A stretch of DNA of 64,000 nt from an uncultured Bacteriovoracaceae bacterium. Lineage in GTDB: Bacteria; Bdellovibrionota; UBA1018. A model generated the notes under the pieces. The model did not search any database, was not told where the DNA came from, and saw only the letters and a program-made list of their open reading frames with translations. Every line of letters starts with the position of its first letter. Positions within the stretch are counted from its first letter, which is position 1. The stretch spans positions 25,889-89,888 of the forward strand of contig CAYHPW010000004.1 of assembly GCA_964358645.1 (NCBI GenBank), given 5' to 3'. Below, piece after piece: positions 37,481 to 47,811 of the stretch. A program made the translations under genes and the position numbers.

Positions 37481-39229
37481 AATTCCAAGAAGCCCCAACC
37501 CCCTAGCCAGGACTCTTCTGGTAGCTTCCACAAGGTTGAGCCTTGCCAACGTAAGCTCGGCATCATCACTAAGAACCCGGCATTCACGATAAAAACAGCT
37601 GAAGGCTTTGGTCAAGTCGATCAGGTAATGCGCCATTTGGCTTGCCTTCGCAAAACTTAGTGACCGCTCGAGATGGAGCGGGAACCGCCCAAGAACTCTG
37701 ACAAGCTGGATCTCTTCGGCGGCACCAAGCCGCATAACAAGCGCGGCATCATACGCCGGACACTGTGGTACACCAACCACGTCATGCGCTTTTCTGAGTA
37801 TACTCTTGCACCTCGTATGGGCGTATTGCAGGTATGGACCGGTTTCGCCTTCAAAGTCCACCACCCTATCAACCTCAAACTCGACATCACGCACTGGATC
37901 GGTATGAAGATCATGAAACACTACGGCACCCACCGCAATCGCCTCGCAAATGGCATCCGACGCGGCTACGTGGGCAGCCTCAGGTTTATCAGGATCCTTG
38001 GCACGCTCCAACATCAGCTCTGCAACGCGTTCCTTAGCTAAAGCAAGCACTTCCTCTAGCGTAACAAAATTGCCCTTCCTGGTGGACATCTTCGCATCTT
38101 TGAACCTGTAAAGGCCAAACGGTATGTGCTCACATTTCCCAGCCCATGGTAATCCCATCCGCCTAAGCACGCCAAATACCTGTTGGAAGTGAAGCTTCTG
38201 TTCAGCACCTACAATATAAGTCATCCGGTCAAAGTTAAATTTTTCATGGCGATAAATCGCAGCCGCCACGTCACGGGTTGCATAAATCGTAGCCCCGTCG
38301 CTCTTTTGCATGATACACGGGAGAAGATCATTTTCCTTTTCATCCTTGACTCTAACCACCCAAGCGCCTTCGCTTAGCTCAAGTAAGTTACGCTTTTTTA
38401 AATCATCAATCAGGGGCATTAATTTATCTTTGTAAAAACTTTCACCCCACACATGATCGAATTTGACACCAAGGCGCTGATAAATACGGTTGAATTCTTT
38501 TATCGAGATCTCAACGCATTTCTTCCATAAAGCGGTGATCTCAGGATCGCCCTGTTCGAGTTTTAGGAATGCATTTCTGGCCTCTGCTTCGAGTGACGGA
38601 TCAGCATCAACAGCCGCATTGGACTTGACGTATAGATCCACAAGCTCTGTCATTGTAAGCTTGTCATCAATCTTCCTGTTGAAAAGGCGAAAAGCCAAGG
38701 CAAGCATACCGTATTGCTTTCCCCAATCACCAAGGTGATTGATTGAAACTACATTAAAACCGCGATACCTCCCGATGCGGTCAAGCGCCGCTCCAAGGGC
38801 CGTTGGTCTTAAATGATAAATATTTAACGGCTTTGCAATATTCGGCGAACTGTACTCAAGCACCCATGTTCCCCTGGTACCTGCTGGCAACATCCCATAG
38901 GTGCCCAAAGAAGTATTAAGACCGTCGCCAGAAAGCATATCTTTTAAAAGCGCGCGCATGCACTCATCGGCTGCAACAACAAAGTTGACATAAGCCCCTG
39001 CCGCATTCACCGAAAGCCAGTCCGGTACGAGCTTCCGTGATTTCACTTCCGAAACGACATGTTTTGCGATTTCCGGGGGGCTTTTGCGAAACTCCTTTGA
39101 GAGTTTGAAGCATGGGAACCCAAAATCACCCATTGACGGGTCAGGGGGCGTCTCCAGATCCGCAGGTGTAATTTCACGGCCGAGCACAGCACTTATCGCC
39201 TGCGCAGCTATCTTCGCGAAGCGTTCCAT
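37460..39229 (-). CDS. argS: Arginine--tRNA ligase
   Basis: 589 aa. Class I aaRS with arginyl-tRNA synthetase N-terminal domain and HIGH-type region (SSPNIAKPLNIYHLR), plus the DALR anticodon-binding C-terminus. Confidence 0.9.
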   Translation of the reverse strand: MERFAKIAAQAISAVLGREITPADLETPPDPSMGDFGFPCFKLSKEFRKSPPEIAKHVVSEVKSRKLVPDWLSVNAAGAYVNFVVAADECMRALLKDMLSGDGLNTSLGTYGMLPAGTRGTWVLEYSSPNIAKPLNIYHLRPTALGAALDRIGRYRGFNVVSINHLGDWGKQYGMLALAFRLFNRKIDDKLTMTELVDLYVKSNAAVDADPSLEAEARNAFLKLEQGDPEITALWKKCVEISIKEFNRIYQRLGVKFDHVWGESFYKDKLMPLIDDLKKRNLLELSEGAWVVRVKDEKENDLLPCIMQKSDGATIYATRDVAAAIYRHEKFNFDRMTYIVGAEQKLHFQQVFGVLRRMGLPWAGKCEHIPFGLYRFKDAKMSTRKGNFVTLEEVLALAKERVAELMLERAKDPDKPEAAHVAASDAICEAIAVGAVVFHDLHTDPVRDVEFEVDRVVDFEGETGPYLQYAHTRCKSILRKAHDVVGVPQCPAYDAALVMRLGAAEEIQLVRVLGRFPLHLERSLSFAKASQMAHYLIDLTKAFSCFYRECRVLSDDAELTLARLNLVEATRRVLARGLGLLGIPLPDRM

Positions 39230-39235
39230 CCTGTT

Positions 39236-40051
39236 TTACGAACCGAACCAAAGAAGTTTCTTAAACGCGTGCAGCGTCGTTTTCTGGCTAACAACACCGA
39301 TTGATTCAGTAAGAGGGATGCTCTTGGGGCAAACTTTAACGCAGTTCTGCGCATCACCACAGTCGGTAATTCCTCCAGGCCCCATAACGGCCTCAAGGCG
39401 AGTGGCGGCGCTCATGGCACCGGAAGGGTGAGAATTAAACAAACGCACCTGGCTAATGGCCTGTGGACCGATGAACTTGGAATGAGGTCCATACTGCGGA
39501 CAGGCTTCAAGACAACAGCCGCAAGTCATGCACTCAGATAGCTTATATCTTTCTAACGCTAGACTCTGTGAGTAGCGCGGACCGGGTCCGATGTCATGCG
39601 TTCCGTCCATGTTAATCCAGGCCTTGACCGTCTTAAGATGCTCGAACATCCGCGACCTATCAACCATCAGATCACGCAGGACAGGGAACTTTGACATTGG
39701 CTCTAACCTTAGAGGCTGTTCAAGCTTATCGATAAGCGCAGTGCAAGCTTGTCTCGGGACACCGTTTATAATCATGGTACAAGCGCCACAGACTTCCTCA
39801 AGGCAAGCACAATCCCAAGCCGGTGGCGTGGTGGCTTTTCCATCAGCAGTGACAGGGTTGGCTCTTATGTCCATCAATACCGCTATGACATTGAGATTTG
39901 GCCGCCATTGTAATTGAAAAATTTCCCACCTTGGCTCGGCACCTGGTTTTTCCTGCCTCCTGATGTGCAGCTCAACGGTCCGTTCATTTCTCTTGGAATC
40001 CTGCATGAGAGTTCCTCCAAATCTTCTTGGCAAATCTTCTTGGCAAATCAT
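39236..40051 (-). CDS. frdB: Succinate dehydrogenase/fumarate reductase iron-sulfur subunit
   Basis: 271 aa. 2Fe-2S (CLEEVCGACTMIINGVPRQAC) and 4Fe-4S/3Fe-4S Cys clusters (CMTCGCCLEACPQYG, CGDAQNCVKVCP). Confidence 0.85.
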   Translation of the reverse strand: MICQEDLPRRFGGTLMQDSKRNERTVELHIRRQEKPGAEPRWEIFQLQWRPNLNVIAVLMDIRANPVTADGKATTPPAWDCACLEEVCGACTMIINGVPRQACTALIDKLEQPLRLEPMSKFPVLRDLMVDRSRMFEHLKTVKAWINMDGTHDIGPGPRYSQSLALERYKLSECMTCGCCLEACPQYGPHSKFIGPQAISQVRLFNSHPSGAMSAATRLEAVMGPGGITDCGDAQNCVKVCPKSIPLTESIGVVSQKTTLHAFKKLLWFGS

Positions 40052-40072
40052 CTCGCAACTTCTCTTGGCCCA

Positions 40073-41914
40073 TCACTTACTTGCTACTGGCTGCACAACC
40101 GCCGCCGCGCTAGCGCCCTTATCAACGTCATATTTGCGGGCCCGCGGCTTTATCAGCGAAACATCAACAGGCTCGTAGCTGAACGCGTGCTCACCGGCTT
40201 CCCTCGGCCGCCCAAATCCCACTCCTGGCACTCGCGGCGGTTCATACATTGCGATCGTAGTCTTTAAAAAATTAGCATCATCACGCTCTGGGGAATCTGG
40301 CTTATAGTGAGCTCCGCGGCTTTCGTTGCGTTTTAACGCGCCGATGGTGATCACTCGCGCGAGCTGCAGCATCGTATAGAGCTGCCTGGTATAATGCACG
40401 CACTGGTTGCCCCACTCACCACGATCTTTAACTCCGATTCTAAACCACCGCTCGATGAGTTCCTGGATTTTAGTGTCGGTTTCCTCAAGCTTTTTGTTGT
40501 AACGGACTACGGTCACGTTCCTAGTCATCCACTCGCCAAGCTCACGGCCGAGCTCGAACGGATTTTCAGGGCCATCCATCTTTTTAACGAAATCAATGCG
40601 CTGTGAATGCGCCTTAACTGCGCTCTCGTAAAGAGAAGCGGGCAGATCATCAGCATAGGTCTTGAGCTTCTTCGTCCACTTCGCCATCGCAGGCCCGGCA
40701 ACTATTCCGGCATAAATGCACGATAACAGCGAATTGGCCCCAAGCCTGTTCGCGCCATGGATTGAGTAATCAACCTCTCCAACCGCAAAAAGACCAGGGA
40801 CATTGGTCATCTGATCATAATCAACCCAGAGCCCACCCATGCTGTAGTGAACTGCCGGAAAAACCTGCATCGGAACTTTTGTCGGATCCACGCCCATGAA
40901 TTTTTCGTAAATCTCAAGAATAGCGCCAAGCTTCTTACGTAAAGTTTCAGCAGGAATATGTGAAAGATCTAGATATACGACTGGCTTGCCGTTTACACCT
41001 AGGCCCATGTCATAAACCACTTTATAAATAGCCCTGGTCGCGATATCGCGCGGAACCAAGTTGCCATAGGCCGGGTACATTTCCTCAAGGAAGTACCATG
41101 GCTTTCCGTTACGTGGCACCCAAACACGCCCGCCTTCACCGCGCGCGCTCTCGGACATCAACCGTAATTTATCTTCACCTGGGATCGCGGTTGGATGCAC
41201 TTGAATGAATTCGCCGTTAGCGTACTTAGCCCCCTGCATGTAAGACACAGCCGCTGCAAATCCAGTATTTATCATGGAATTTGTCGACTTCCCATAGATC
41301 AGCCCAGGCCCGCCGGTAGCTAGCGCCACCGCAGCAGCCCTGAATGCGCGGACTTCCATGGTCACGCAATTGGTAGCTACTATCCCGCAGCACTTTGCAT
41401 CCGCGCCGTCTGAATCTTTTACCATCCCAAGAAATTCCCAGCCTTCGAACTTACGCACCTTTCCGGCCACCTCGAATGCCCTTACCTGCTCGTCAAGCGC
41501 GTACAGAAGCTGCTGGCCAGTGGAAGCACCAGCAAAAGCCGTGCGGTGATGCTTGGTGCCGCCAAACCGCCTGAAGTCAAGAAGCCCTTCCGGTGTACGG
41601 CTGAAAGGCACCCCAAGCCGATCCATCAGATAAATTATTCCCGGTGCGGCTTCACACATTTTATGCGCCGGTGGCTGATTGGCCAGAAAATCACCCCCGT
41701 AAACAGTGTCGTCGAAATGCTCCCAAGGCGAATCACCTTCACCTTTAGTGTTAACAGCGCCGTTTATACCACCCTGCGCGCAAACCGAGTGGCTGCGCTT
41801 AACCGGAACCACCGAAAACAAATCAACATCCATTCCGGCTTCGCACGCCTTGATCGTGGTCATCAAACCAGCAAGGCCACCTCCGACAACTATCAATCGA
41901 TGGGATTTCGCCAT
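40073..41914 (-). CDS. frdA: Succinate dehydrogenase/fumarate reductase flavoprotein subunit
   Basis: 613 aa. FAD-binding IVVGGGLAGL, the HSVCAQGGINGA motif region, and a covalent-FAD-type fold. Confidence 0.9.
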   Translation of the reverse strand: MAKSHRLIVVGGGLAGLMTTIKACEAGMDVDLFSVVPVKRSHSVCAQGGINGAVNTKGEGDSPWEHFDDTVYGGDFLANQPPAHKMCEAAPGIIYLMDRLGVPFSRTPEGLLDFRRFGGTKHHRTAFAGASTGQQLLYALDEQVRAFEVAGKVRKFEGWEFLGMVKDSDGADAKCCGIVATNCVTMEVRAFRAAAVALATGGPGLIYGKSTNSMINTGFAAAVSYMQGAKYANGEFIQVHPTAIPGEDKLRLMSESARGEGGRVWVPRNGKPWYFLEEMYPAYGNLVPRDIATRAIYKVVYDMGLGVNGKPVVYLDLSHIPAETLRKKLGAILEIYEKFMGVDPTKVPMQVFPAVHYSMGGLWVDYDQMTNVPGLFAVGEVDYSIHGANRLGANSLLSCIYAGIVAGPAMAKWTKKLKTYADDLPASLYESAVKAHSQRIDFVKKMDGPENPFELGRELGEWMTRNVTVVRYNKKLEETDTKIQELIERWFRIGVKDRGEWGNQCVHYTRQLYTMLQLARVITIGALKRNESRGAHYKPDSPERDDANFLKTTIAMYEPPRVPGVGFGRPREAGEHAFSYEPVDVSLIKPRARKYDVDKGASAAAVVQPVASK

Positions 41915-41923
41915 TTAAAACTC

Positions 41924-42595
41924 CTACAATTTGATAACGATTGCTTTGCCGACAAAGGCAAAAAGCGAATTAACAGCAAAAAGCGCAAGCACCAAGCCTA
42001 TGGCAGCGCAAACATATCCTGAGCGCCGCATTGATTTCTCGGTTGTCGTGATCCCCCACCCAACCAGAAATGACCAGATCCCGTTGGCGAAGTGATAGAC
42101 CGCCGACACCATGCCCGCGAAGTAAAACCAAAACAGCCAGGGGGACCTAAGCGCCTCTTCCATGTATTCAAACGTGATAACCCTACCCTGGACTGCCATC
42201 GCAACCCTGGTTTCAATTACATGAAACACTATGTAGCAAAGCAAAATCACGCCCGTCACCCGCTGGAAAAGGTACATCCAGTTGCGCAGCCGGTTGTATT
42301 GCATGTTATTCGGCCTAGCTTGTGACGTTATCAGCAGGCCGTACAGACCATGGTAAAGCAGAGGCACTACAATAATGCCGATTTCAAGCAAGATCACGTA
42401 AGGCAATGATTGCAGATTTTTCACGGCTTCATTAAAAGATTCGGCCCCGTAAACCGCGTGGGAATTTGTCCAGATATGCTCAAGCAGAAAAACTCCGATC
42501 GGCACTATCCCAGAAAGACTATGGAGCTTGCGGGCCCAGAAGCTCCAGGAGATATCACTCTCCACCGCCACCGTAACAGAAGGTTCATCTGACAT
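41924..42595 (-). CDS. frdC: Fumarate reductase/succinate dehydrogenase di-heme cytochrome b membrane subunit (Wolinella-type, C-A-B order)
   Basis: 223 aa polytopic membrane protein with conserved His residues. First gene of the C-A-B triad. Confidence 0.75.
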   Translation of the reverse strand: MSDEPSVTVAVESDISWSFWARKLHSLSGIVPIGVFLLEHIWTNSHAVYGAESFNEAVKNLQSLPYVILLEIGIIVVPLLYHGLYGLLITSQARPNNMQYNRLRNWMYLFQRVTGVILLCYIVFHVIETRVAMAVQGRVITFEYMEEALRSPWLFWFYFAGMVSAVYHFANGIWSFLVGWGITTTEKSMRRSGYVCAAIGLVLALFAVNSLFAFVGKAIVIKL

Positions 42596-42659
42596 ATGAC
42601 TTCTATATACGCATTGGAATGAATGGAATCAATTAAAACGATGGCGGAAAATAAAGTTT

Positions 42660-43625
42660 TTAATCCCGCTTAAGGACAAACACCCCAGGCAAACGCGAAA
42701 TACGTCCAGTAAGAAGCAAAACTCCAGGGTGACGCACAAGCTCGGCATCAAAAGCAAGTTCCATGGAGTTGGTGTTACTGATACGTTTCACCAACGTCCC
42801 GGAAATTCTCGCGGCCTTGCCGGTTGTTTTTTGAATGCTGAATTTTTGCGACTGTTTTTTACGCTTTACCAGAAGTTCACCGCCAAGAACGGTGGTATTT
42901 TCTATATGTAAAGTCATAACGGCTTCATCACTGACAAGCGCGGTGGATGCGGCAGCTTTTGGCGCAATGAAATATCCCTTCCACGTACCGGAAAAATCCC
43001 TAGAAAAACTTAAGTCTGCTTTATCCTCGGAAGTGGACACCACAGGCAATTTGGCCCGTGGCACCGGGGGCTCTCCCTTAAGTTTTGCAACGATCCAGGA
43101 AGCTTTTTCCTCGGCCATGTATTTTTCTAAAACTTTATTGGCATTTTGATCGCCTATGCGGCGCAGAGCTTCAGCCGCAGTCAGTCTTGTTTGCGGGTCT
43201 TTGTGCCCTAAAAATTTTGAGATAAACTCCACGTCTTGCGTCCCGCGTGATGCGCCTATGCTTCGTATGGCAGCATTACGTATCACATCATCCCCTGTAC
43301 GCTCGGCTTGTTGTTTTATGAATTCCGAAGCTGCTCGGTCATTAAACCAGCCAAGAGCCTCGATCAACCTGACTCTGTGGTAAGTATGCGAAGTATTCTC
43401 ATACAATTTTACAATAATTCCAGGCGCAGACGGGCCGAGCACCCTCCACCACTCCGGCGTGTCCGTCGGGTGGCGCTGAGCAAGCACGTCTCTTATTGAT
43501 TCTTCGATCTCGGAATCAGTTGCGCAAAACACATTTTGCGGGACTGAGGCAACAATCCCTGCTGCTAAAATCACTGCTAATGCAAAAATTCTCATACATG
43601 AAAGCATAGCGCTTTTTCGTTTCAC
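42660..43625 (-). CDS. Secreted HEAT-repeat protein
   Basis: 321 aa. Signal peptide. PBS-lyase/HEAT-like repeats (IRNAAIRSIGASRG..., DPQTRLTAAEALRRIGDQ). ATGA-coupled to the upstream metzincin. Confidence 0.6.
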   Translation of the reverse strand: MKRKSAMLSCMRIFALAVILAAGIVASVPQNVFCATDSEIEESIRDVLAQRHPTDTPEWWRVLGPSAPGIIVKLYENTSHTYHRVRLIEALGWFNDRAASEFIKQQAERTGDDVIRNAAIRSIGASRGTQDVEFISKFLGHKDPQTRLTAAEALRRIGDQNANKVLEKYMAEEKASWIVAKLKGEPPVPRAKLPVVSTSEDKADLSFSRDFSGTWKGYFIAPKAAASTALVSDEAVMTLHIENTTVLGGELLVKRKKQSQKFSIQKTTGKAARISGTLVKRISNTNSMELAFDAELVRHPGVLLLTGRISRLPGVFVLKRD

Positions 43626-45442
43626 TGAACAAAAGGATTATAATTCAATATTAACCCTGATTGCGTTGAAAAAATATTGCCATCACCCGTGCCATTTCCT
43701 TCCTTGAAGTTTTTAGAGGTCCACCACATGAGATGGTTAAACTGGCACTCGGCCTTGGTGTCGCAAAACACCCCTTCCGTTGAATTGTAATCAGTACAGA
43801 CCTCACTGCACTTAAGGCCTGTCACTGGATGAACGTTCGTATCATTCACCCGGCACGACCTCACGGTCCTGTACAAAACCCCACCCACGCTCTGGGTCGC
43901 GGTACAAATCGGTGTATCAAGTACCACATCATGACCAGAATAATCAGACGAGCTGCCCGACTCACTTGGATGATTTAACCCAAGATAATGCCCTATCTCA
44001 TGACCGATGGTGGCGCCCATCTCGTTAAATGCGCTTTCCTGGCTTGTCAGCGGGCACACGGAGCTACCGGAGCAATTTGGGTTAAACGTATCCAACTTGT
44101 CGAAGCTTGAAAATATAAGACCACTTATTTCCGTGCCATTAACCATCGGACCACCAATCGCACCAGCAAGGCCTAGGATGGTGAGGTTGGAATTCAGGTC
44201 AGAGCTATTGATCGTTGAGACGAGGAAAATATTCAGCGCCTTTCCTTCCGTTGAAGACGGCACGAGGGCACTTCCGGTCTTAAACATATTGCCGATGCTG
44301 TTTAAAGAAACATTTGCATATGCATCGCCACCAGACTCGCAAGTCCATTCAAGAACATTGATGCTACCAACTTTTACGCCGCTGGCGGACTGAGACAAAT
44401 AGCTATGCACCATCGAAAGCAATGTATCTAGATTCTGCTGCCCTTTTATCGTGCGTGATGCGGTAATGTTTTTTGAACCAACAAGTATAATGTTCAAGTC
44501 CAAGGCACCGCTCACACTCGCAGAAGTGTCTTGCTTCTTTAGGATAGAAACCTTAAGCCCGGACTCCAGCCCATCCGTGACACTGGAGTAGTCGCTGGCG
44601 AGCAGAACATATTTTGCAGTGTACGTAACTCCATACCGGAGCCTTGCCGGAGAACCTTGAAAGAAATTCGTGTTAAAAGCACATGCCTCTGAAAGCTGCG
44701 TCGGTGGAGTGCTGCCGCCCCCCCAGTTACATGTCGGGAAAGTGGCCGTGCTTGAATAGCCGAAAGCCGCTACCTGGTGCTGCTCCCAATGCGATCGGTC
44801 CGTGAATGCGCTCGGCCAGCTTATCTTGCACTGAGAATTTGCAGTGCATAACCCATTCGTGCAAGTGTAATAACCACTGGCCGCGCAGTCACCGCCGCTA
44901 CCAGCCCTTGCGAGATTTACATACTCGTTAGTGCCGTCCGAGAGATATACAAGCACGGGATAAGCACTTCCTGAAATCGACGTGGATGGAAAATCTGTTA
45001 TCTCTGCAACTAGCGAAAGCGATCCAAGCGGTCCAAGGTCTTCAAGCATAGGGATTGAAATTGAAATCTCCCTGGCCGCGGTGGCGGCCTGCGAAAGCCC
45101 GGTCACCGGGCCACTGGTGGTATAGGTTTCTTTTGTTACCGTTACCGTTCCTTCATGATTTGAGGCACCGGCTCCAGTGACGTTAGGCACCCACGATGTT
45201 CCACTTAGCAGCTCGCACTGGCCGGAGGTGATGTTCGAGGATGTGCCGCTTTCTGATTCCTCTGTCTTTCCGCAGCCAGTGGAAACAACAAGCCCGCACA
45301 TAGCTAATACCAAAAACAACTCCAATGAACCGCACTTGCGAATCCGCAAATTTTGGATAATCCCTTGCCAAACTACATTACCTGCAACAAGACGTGCCAC
45401 TATTCGGTGATTCCCCGAAGCGACAGGACACCAGTCCTGCAC
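43622..45442 (-). CDS. Large extracellular metzincin zinc-metalloprotease lipoprotein
   Basis: 606 aa. Lipobox LVVSTGCGK. C-terminal HEIGHYLGLNH is an exact metzincin HEXXHXXGXXH motif. Long Ser/Thr/Gly-rich N-terminal region. Confidence 0.7.
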   Translation of the reverse strand: MQDWCPVASGNHRIVARLVAGNVVWQGIIQNLRIRKCGSLELFLVLAMCGLVVSTGCGKTEESESGTSSNITSGQCELLSGTSWVPNVTGAGASNHEGTVTVTKETYTTSGPVTGLSQAATAAREISISIPMLEDLGPLGSLSLVAEITDFPSTSISGSAYPVLVYLSDGTNEYVNLARAGSGGDCAASGYYTCTNGLCTANSQCKISWPSAFTDRSHWEQHQVAAFGYSSTATFPTCNWGGGSTPPTQLSEACAFNTNFFQGSPARLRYGVTYTAKYVLLASDYSSVTDGLESGLKVSILKKQDTSASVSGALDLNIILVGSKNITASRTIKGQQNLDTLLSMVHSYLSQSASGVKVGSINVLEWTCESGGDAYANVSLNSIGNMFKTGSALVPSSTEGKALNIFLVSTINSSDLNSNLTILGLAGAIGGPMVNGTEISGLIFSSFDKLDTFNPNCSGSSVCPLTSQESAFNEMGATIGHEIGHYLGLNHPSESGSSSDYSGHDVVLDTPICTATQSVGGVLYRTVRSCRVNDTNVHPVTGLKCSEVCTDYNSTEGVFCDTKAECQFNHLMWWTSKNFKEGNGTGDGNIFSTQSGLILNYNPFVQ

Positions 45443-45977
45443 ACTCAGGCTCCCTTCAAATAAGTTTATTCTATCATAATTATCGACCTATTTTGTCTAT
45501 TATTTAGTTGTTATTTAATATGTGTGTCACTATAGACACCGCGTGGCTTCAGACATACATGTGGTGCGGCTTAGCGTAACACGAGTTGCAGGTGTGTTCG
45601 ATCTGGCAATCCGATTCAGAAAAGGTTTCCTCGATCACATGATCTAGATATTGGCGTATTCAACTAGTGCTTCAATGGCTTCTTTTTTCCTATTGTAGTC
45701 TGGCATCTTGTTATGTGACTCAAGCTCCATACATGCATATGAAAGGTTGCTGATTAGTAATTTAGCAGAAGGAGATTTTGAGCTAGAATTTTTGGCAAAC
45801 AATGGCACCCCACACGCGGCAAGCGCCTCCTAATCCGGCTTAGATGATTCGGCCTCGTACATTACCTATATTATACCAGCATTATACTTGTAATATTCTA
45901 TGAAATTTCGACACCGACACTAAAATAAGTTGACCTTCGCACACTAACCGGATGAGACTTAAAATACTGGAGAATAT
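45443..45977. other. 535-bp AT-rich non-coding gap, the largest in the window, with a short minus-strand ORF remnant
   Basis: Visibly lower GC than its flanks and free of track ORFs. Minus strand 45643-45730 encodes MELESHNKMPDYNRKKEAIEALVEYANI with no start-to-stop ORF of 60 aa or more. Confidence 0.5.
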
Positions 45978-46709
45978 ATGCTTAAAAAAACTGTCCTTGT
46001 AACCATGTTGTTGGCGTTAGCAATATTTTCAGCAAACTGCGGCGGGAAAGTAAGCGATGAGGAAAAGACGGATGCTGCAAACATCGCCGCAGGATTAGCA
46101 GGAGGAATGATTTCAACAACCGACAGCAGCAGCTCGATGCTAAAAGCCAAGGACAATGATGTATCCACCATGGTTAGTGAAATGCGAAATATTGTAGAAG
46201 GAGCCATCTGGCTCGGGCAATTACGACTGGAAAGCCTACATGCAAACAATCTTACAATTCCCACACAAACCTGCAGCGCCTTGAGCAATACAACAACTGG
46301 CACTGCGAGCTGTACAAGCTCGTGCCCGACTGCAAGCAGTTTTAAGCTCGGTTGCTCTATACAAGACGGTAAAACCTCTACATGCAACAAGGTTATCTAT
46401 ACTTTTAACAGCACCTCTTTCTCCGTGACGATGGACTACGATGGAATCTCAGGCACTAGTGAGAGCAATTACACAGGAACACTCGGGGTTTCGCTTACCT
46501 TGAATACAAATGTGACAGGAGGAGTACTGGACGGGAAACTGCTAGAATGCTCAATGAGTTTTTCATTCGATATAGCTTCTTACAAATCAGCCGCTACAAG
46601 ACGTCTTACACCTTCTTGTGATGGTTTTTCATGCAAGTATAACGGAAATGAAATCAGCTGTGACGACATGAAAAACAAGATGATGATTTCAGAGACAAGT
46701 TGCAGCTGA
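45978..46709 (+). CDS. Cys/Ser/Thr-rich lipoprotein, hypothetical
   Basis: 243 aa. RBS GGAGAATATATG. Signal plus lipobox IFSANCGG. Confidence 0.6.
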   Translation: MLKKTVLVTMLLALAIFSANCGGKVSDEEKTDAANIAAGLAGGMISTTDSSSSMLKAKDNDVSTMVSEMRNIVEGAIWLGQLRLESLHANNLTIPTQTCSALSNTTTGTASCTSSCPTASSFKLGCSIQDGKTSTCNKVIYTFNSTSFSVTMDYDGISGTSESNYTGTLGVSLTLNTNVTGGVLDGKLLECSMSFSFDIASYKSAATRRLTPSCDGFSCKYNGNEISCDDMKNKMMISETSCS

Positions 46710-47811
46710 AAATCAGGACAAACATCATCAGACCGATGAATGCTATCAATGCGCCTACACCTATAAATAAAAGCGCAAAATGAGAAGCCGCACCAAAGCT
46801 AAAAGGAAATGGTGAATTATCAAACGTTATATCCCAATGCCCCGCAGGCACTTGAAAAATGCCGGCAACAATCATTGCGACCGACATAAGCGCGATGCCG
46901 GCTGCGAAGATATAAGGCTGAGCGATAACAATAACCTTAAACTTTGGATTCAAAGCTAACCTGTCAGAAATTATGTAATACATAAACGCCATAAATGCCA
47001 AAGACACGCCACCTGCAAGCTGGATGTGCATATGCCCAGACATAGCCAGTGTATAAAGCAGCGTATTATAACCGGCACCCACGAGTGCTAAAACCGCGCT
47101 ACCAGCAACAAAACAAGCACTAAGCATTAAGGATACAAAACAAGGATTTGATAAAAACACCTTCCTGACGGATGAAGTAAACACAAGGCCGTGTAACAGC
47201 AAAGCCGCCGTAGTGGCATACAAACCAAGTGATGAGTTCCATGTCTTCCAAGAATCGCCGAATAGAGGATCACTGAGCAGGTATTGCGCGCCACCAGTTC
47301 CACCACCAAGCGCAAGCAATATAAATGCGATGATGGCGAGCCAACCACGCTTAGGTTCAATGTCAAAAGCTGACTTCCCGAGTAGGTACCAAAAACCAAT
47401 CGCAGCGCACAGCGAGGAGATCATCATCTGGTGCCTAAATCCCAACCACATAAGCCTGTGCCACTCAGGATCGGCTTGCCCGTAAAATATACAAAATTTC
47501 ATGACCACGCCGTGAGCGATGCCAGATAGCATGATAAGCAAGGTGGTAACACCACCAAAAAAAGCCACATCACGCTTTAGGCCTTTTAACCAAAGAAAAT
47601 ATAAAAAAGCCGCATTAAAAAACAAAACAAAATATATCGACGCGCCAGAGCTGTGAATACCAAGCAAGCGATAATACCAGTCAGCCGGCAGCAGATGGAT
47701 TGCTTGCCATCTTGTCAACCCGAGAAGAACGGCAATCGCAGTTGCAAAAACAAAGAGTAAAAAAGCTCCGGCAAAAAGTGACCTTGTGGTTAATTCCCTA
47801 ATCTTCAACAA
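46654..47811 (-). CDS. 10-TM membrane protein with heme-copper-oxidase-subunit-I-like His motifs (divergent or truncated)
   Basis: 385 aa with about 10 predicted TM helices. IAHGVVMKF resembles COX1 helix II (AHAFVMIFF), SGHMHI resembles helix VII HHM, SHFALLF resembles helix X. Lacks the GHPEVY helix-VI signature. Overlaps and follows a CuA subunit gene. Confidence 0.45.
   Translation of the reverse strand: MLKIRELTTRSLFAGAFLLFVFATAIAVLLGLTRWQAIHLLPADWYYRLLGIHSSGASIYFVLFFNAAFLYFLWLKGLKRDVAFFGGVTTLLIMLSGIAHGVVMKFCIFYGQADPEWHRLMWLGFRHQMMISSLCAAIGFWYLLGKSAFDIEPKRGWLAIIAFILLALGGGTGGAQYLLSDPLFGDSWKTWNSSLGLYATTAALLLHGLVFTSSVRKVFLSNPCFVSLMLSACFVAGSAVLALVGAGYNTLLYTLAMSGHMHIQLAGGVSLAFMAFMYYIISDRLALNPKFKVIVIAQPYIFAAGIALMSVAMIVAGIFQVPAGHWDITFDNSPFPFSFGAASHFALLFIGVGALIAFIGLMMFVLIFSCNLSLKSSSCFSCRHS

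Noticed and set aside
45594-45603. GTGTTCGATC resembling a tRNA T-loop (possible tRNA or att site)
   Set aside because: No flanking T-stem, acceptor or anticodon complementarity could be found.
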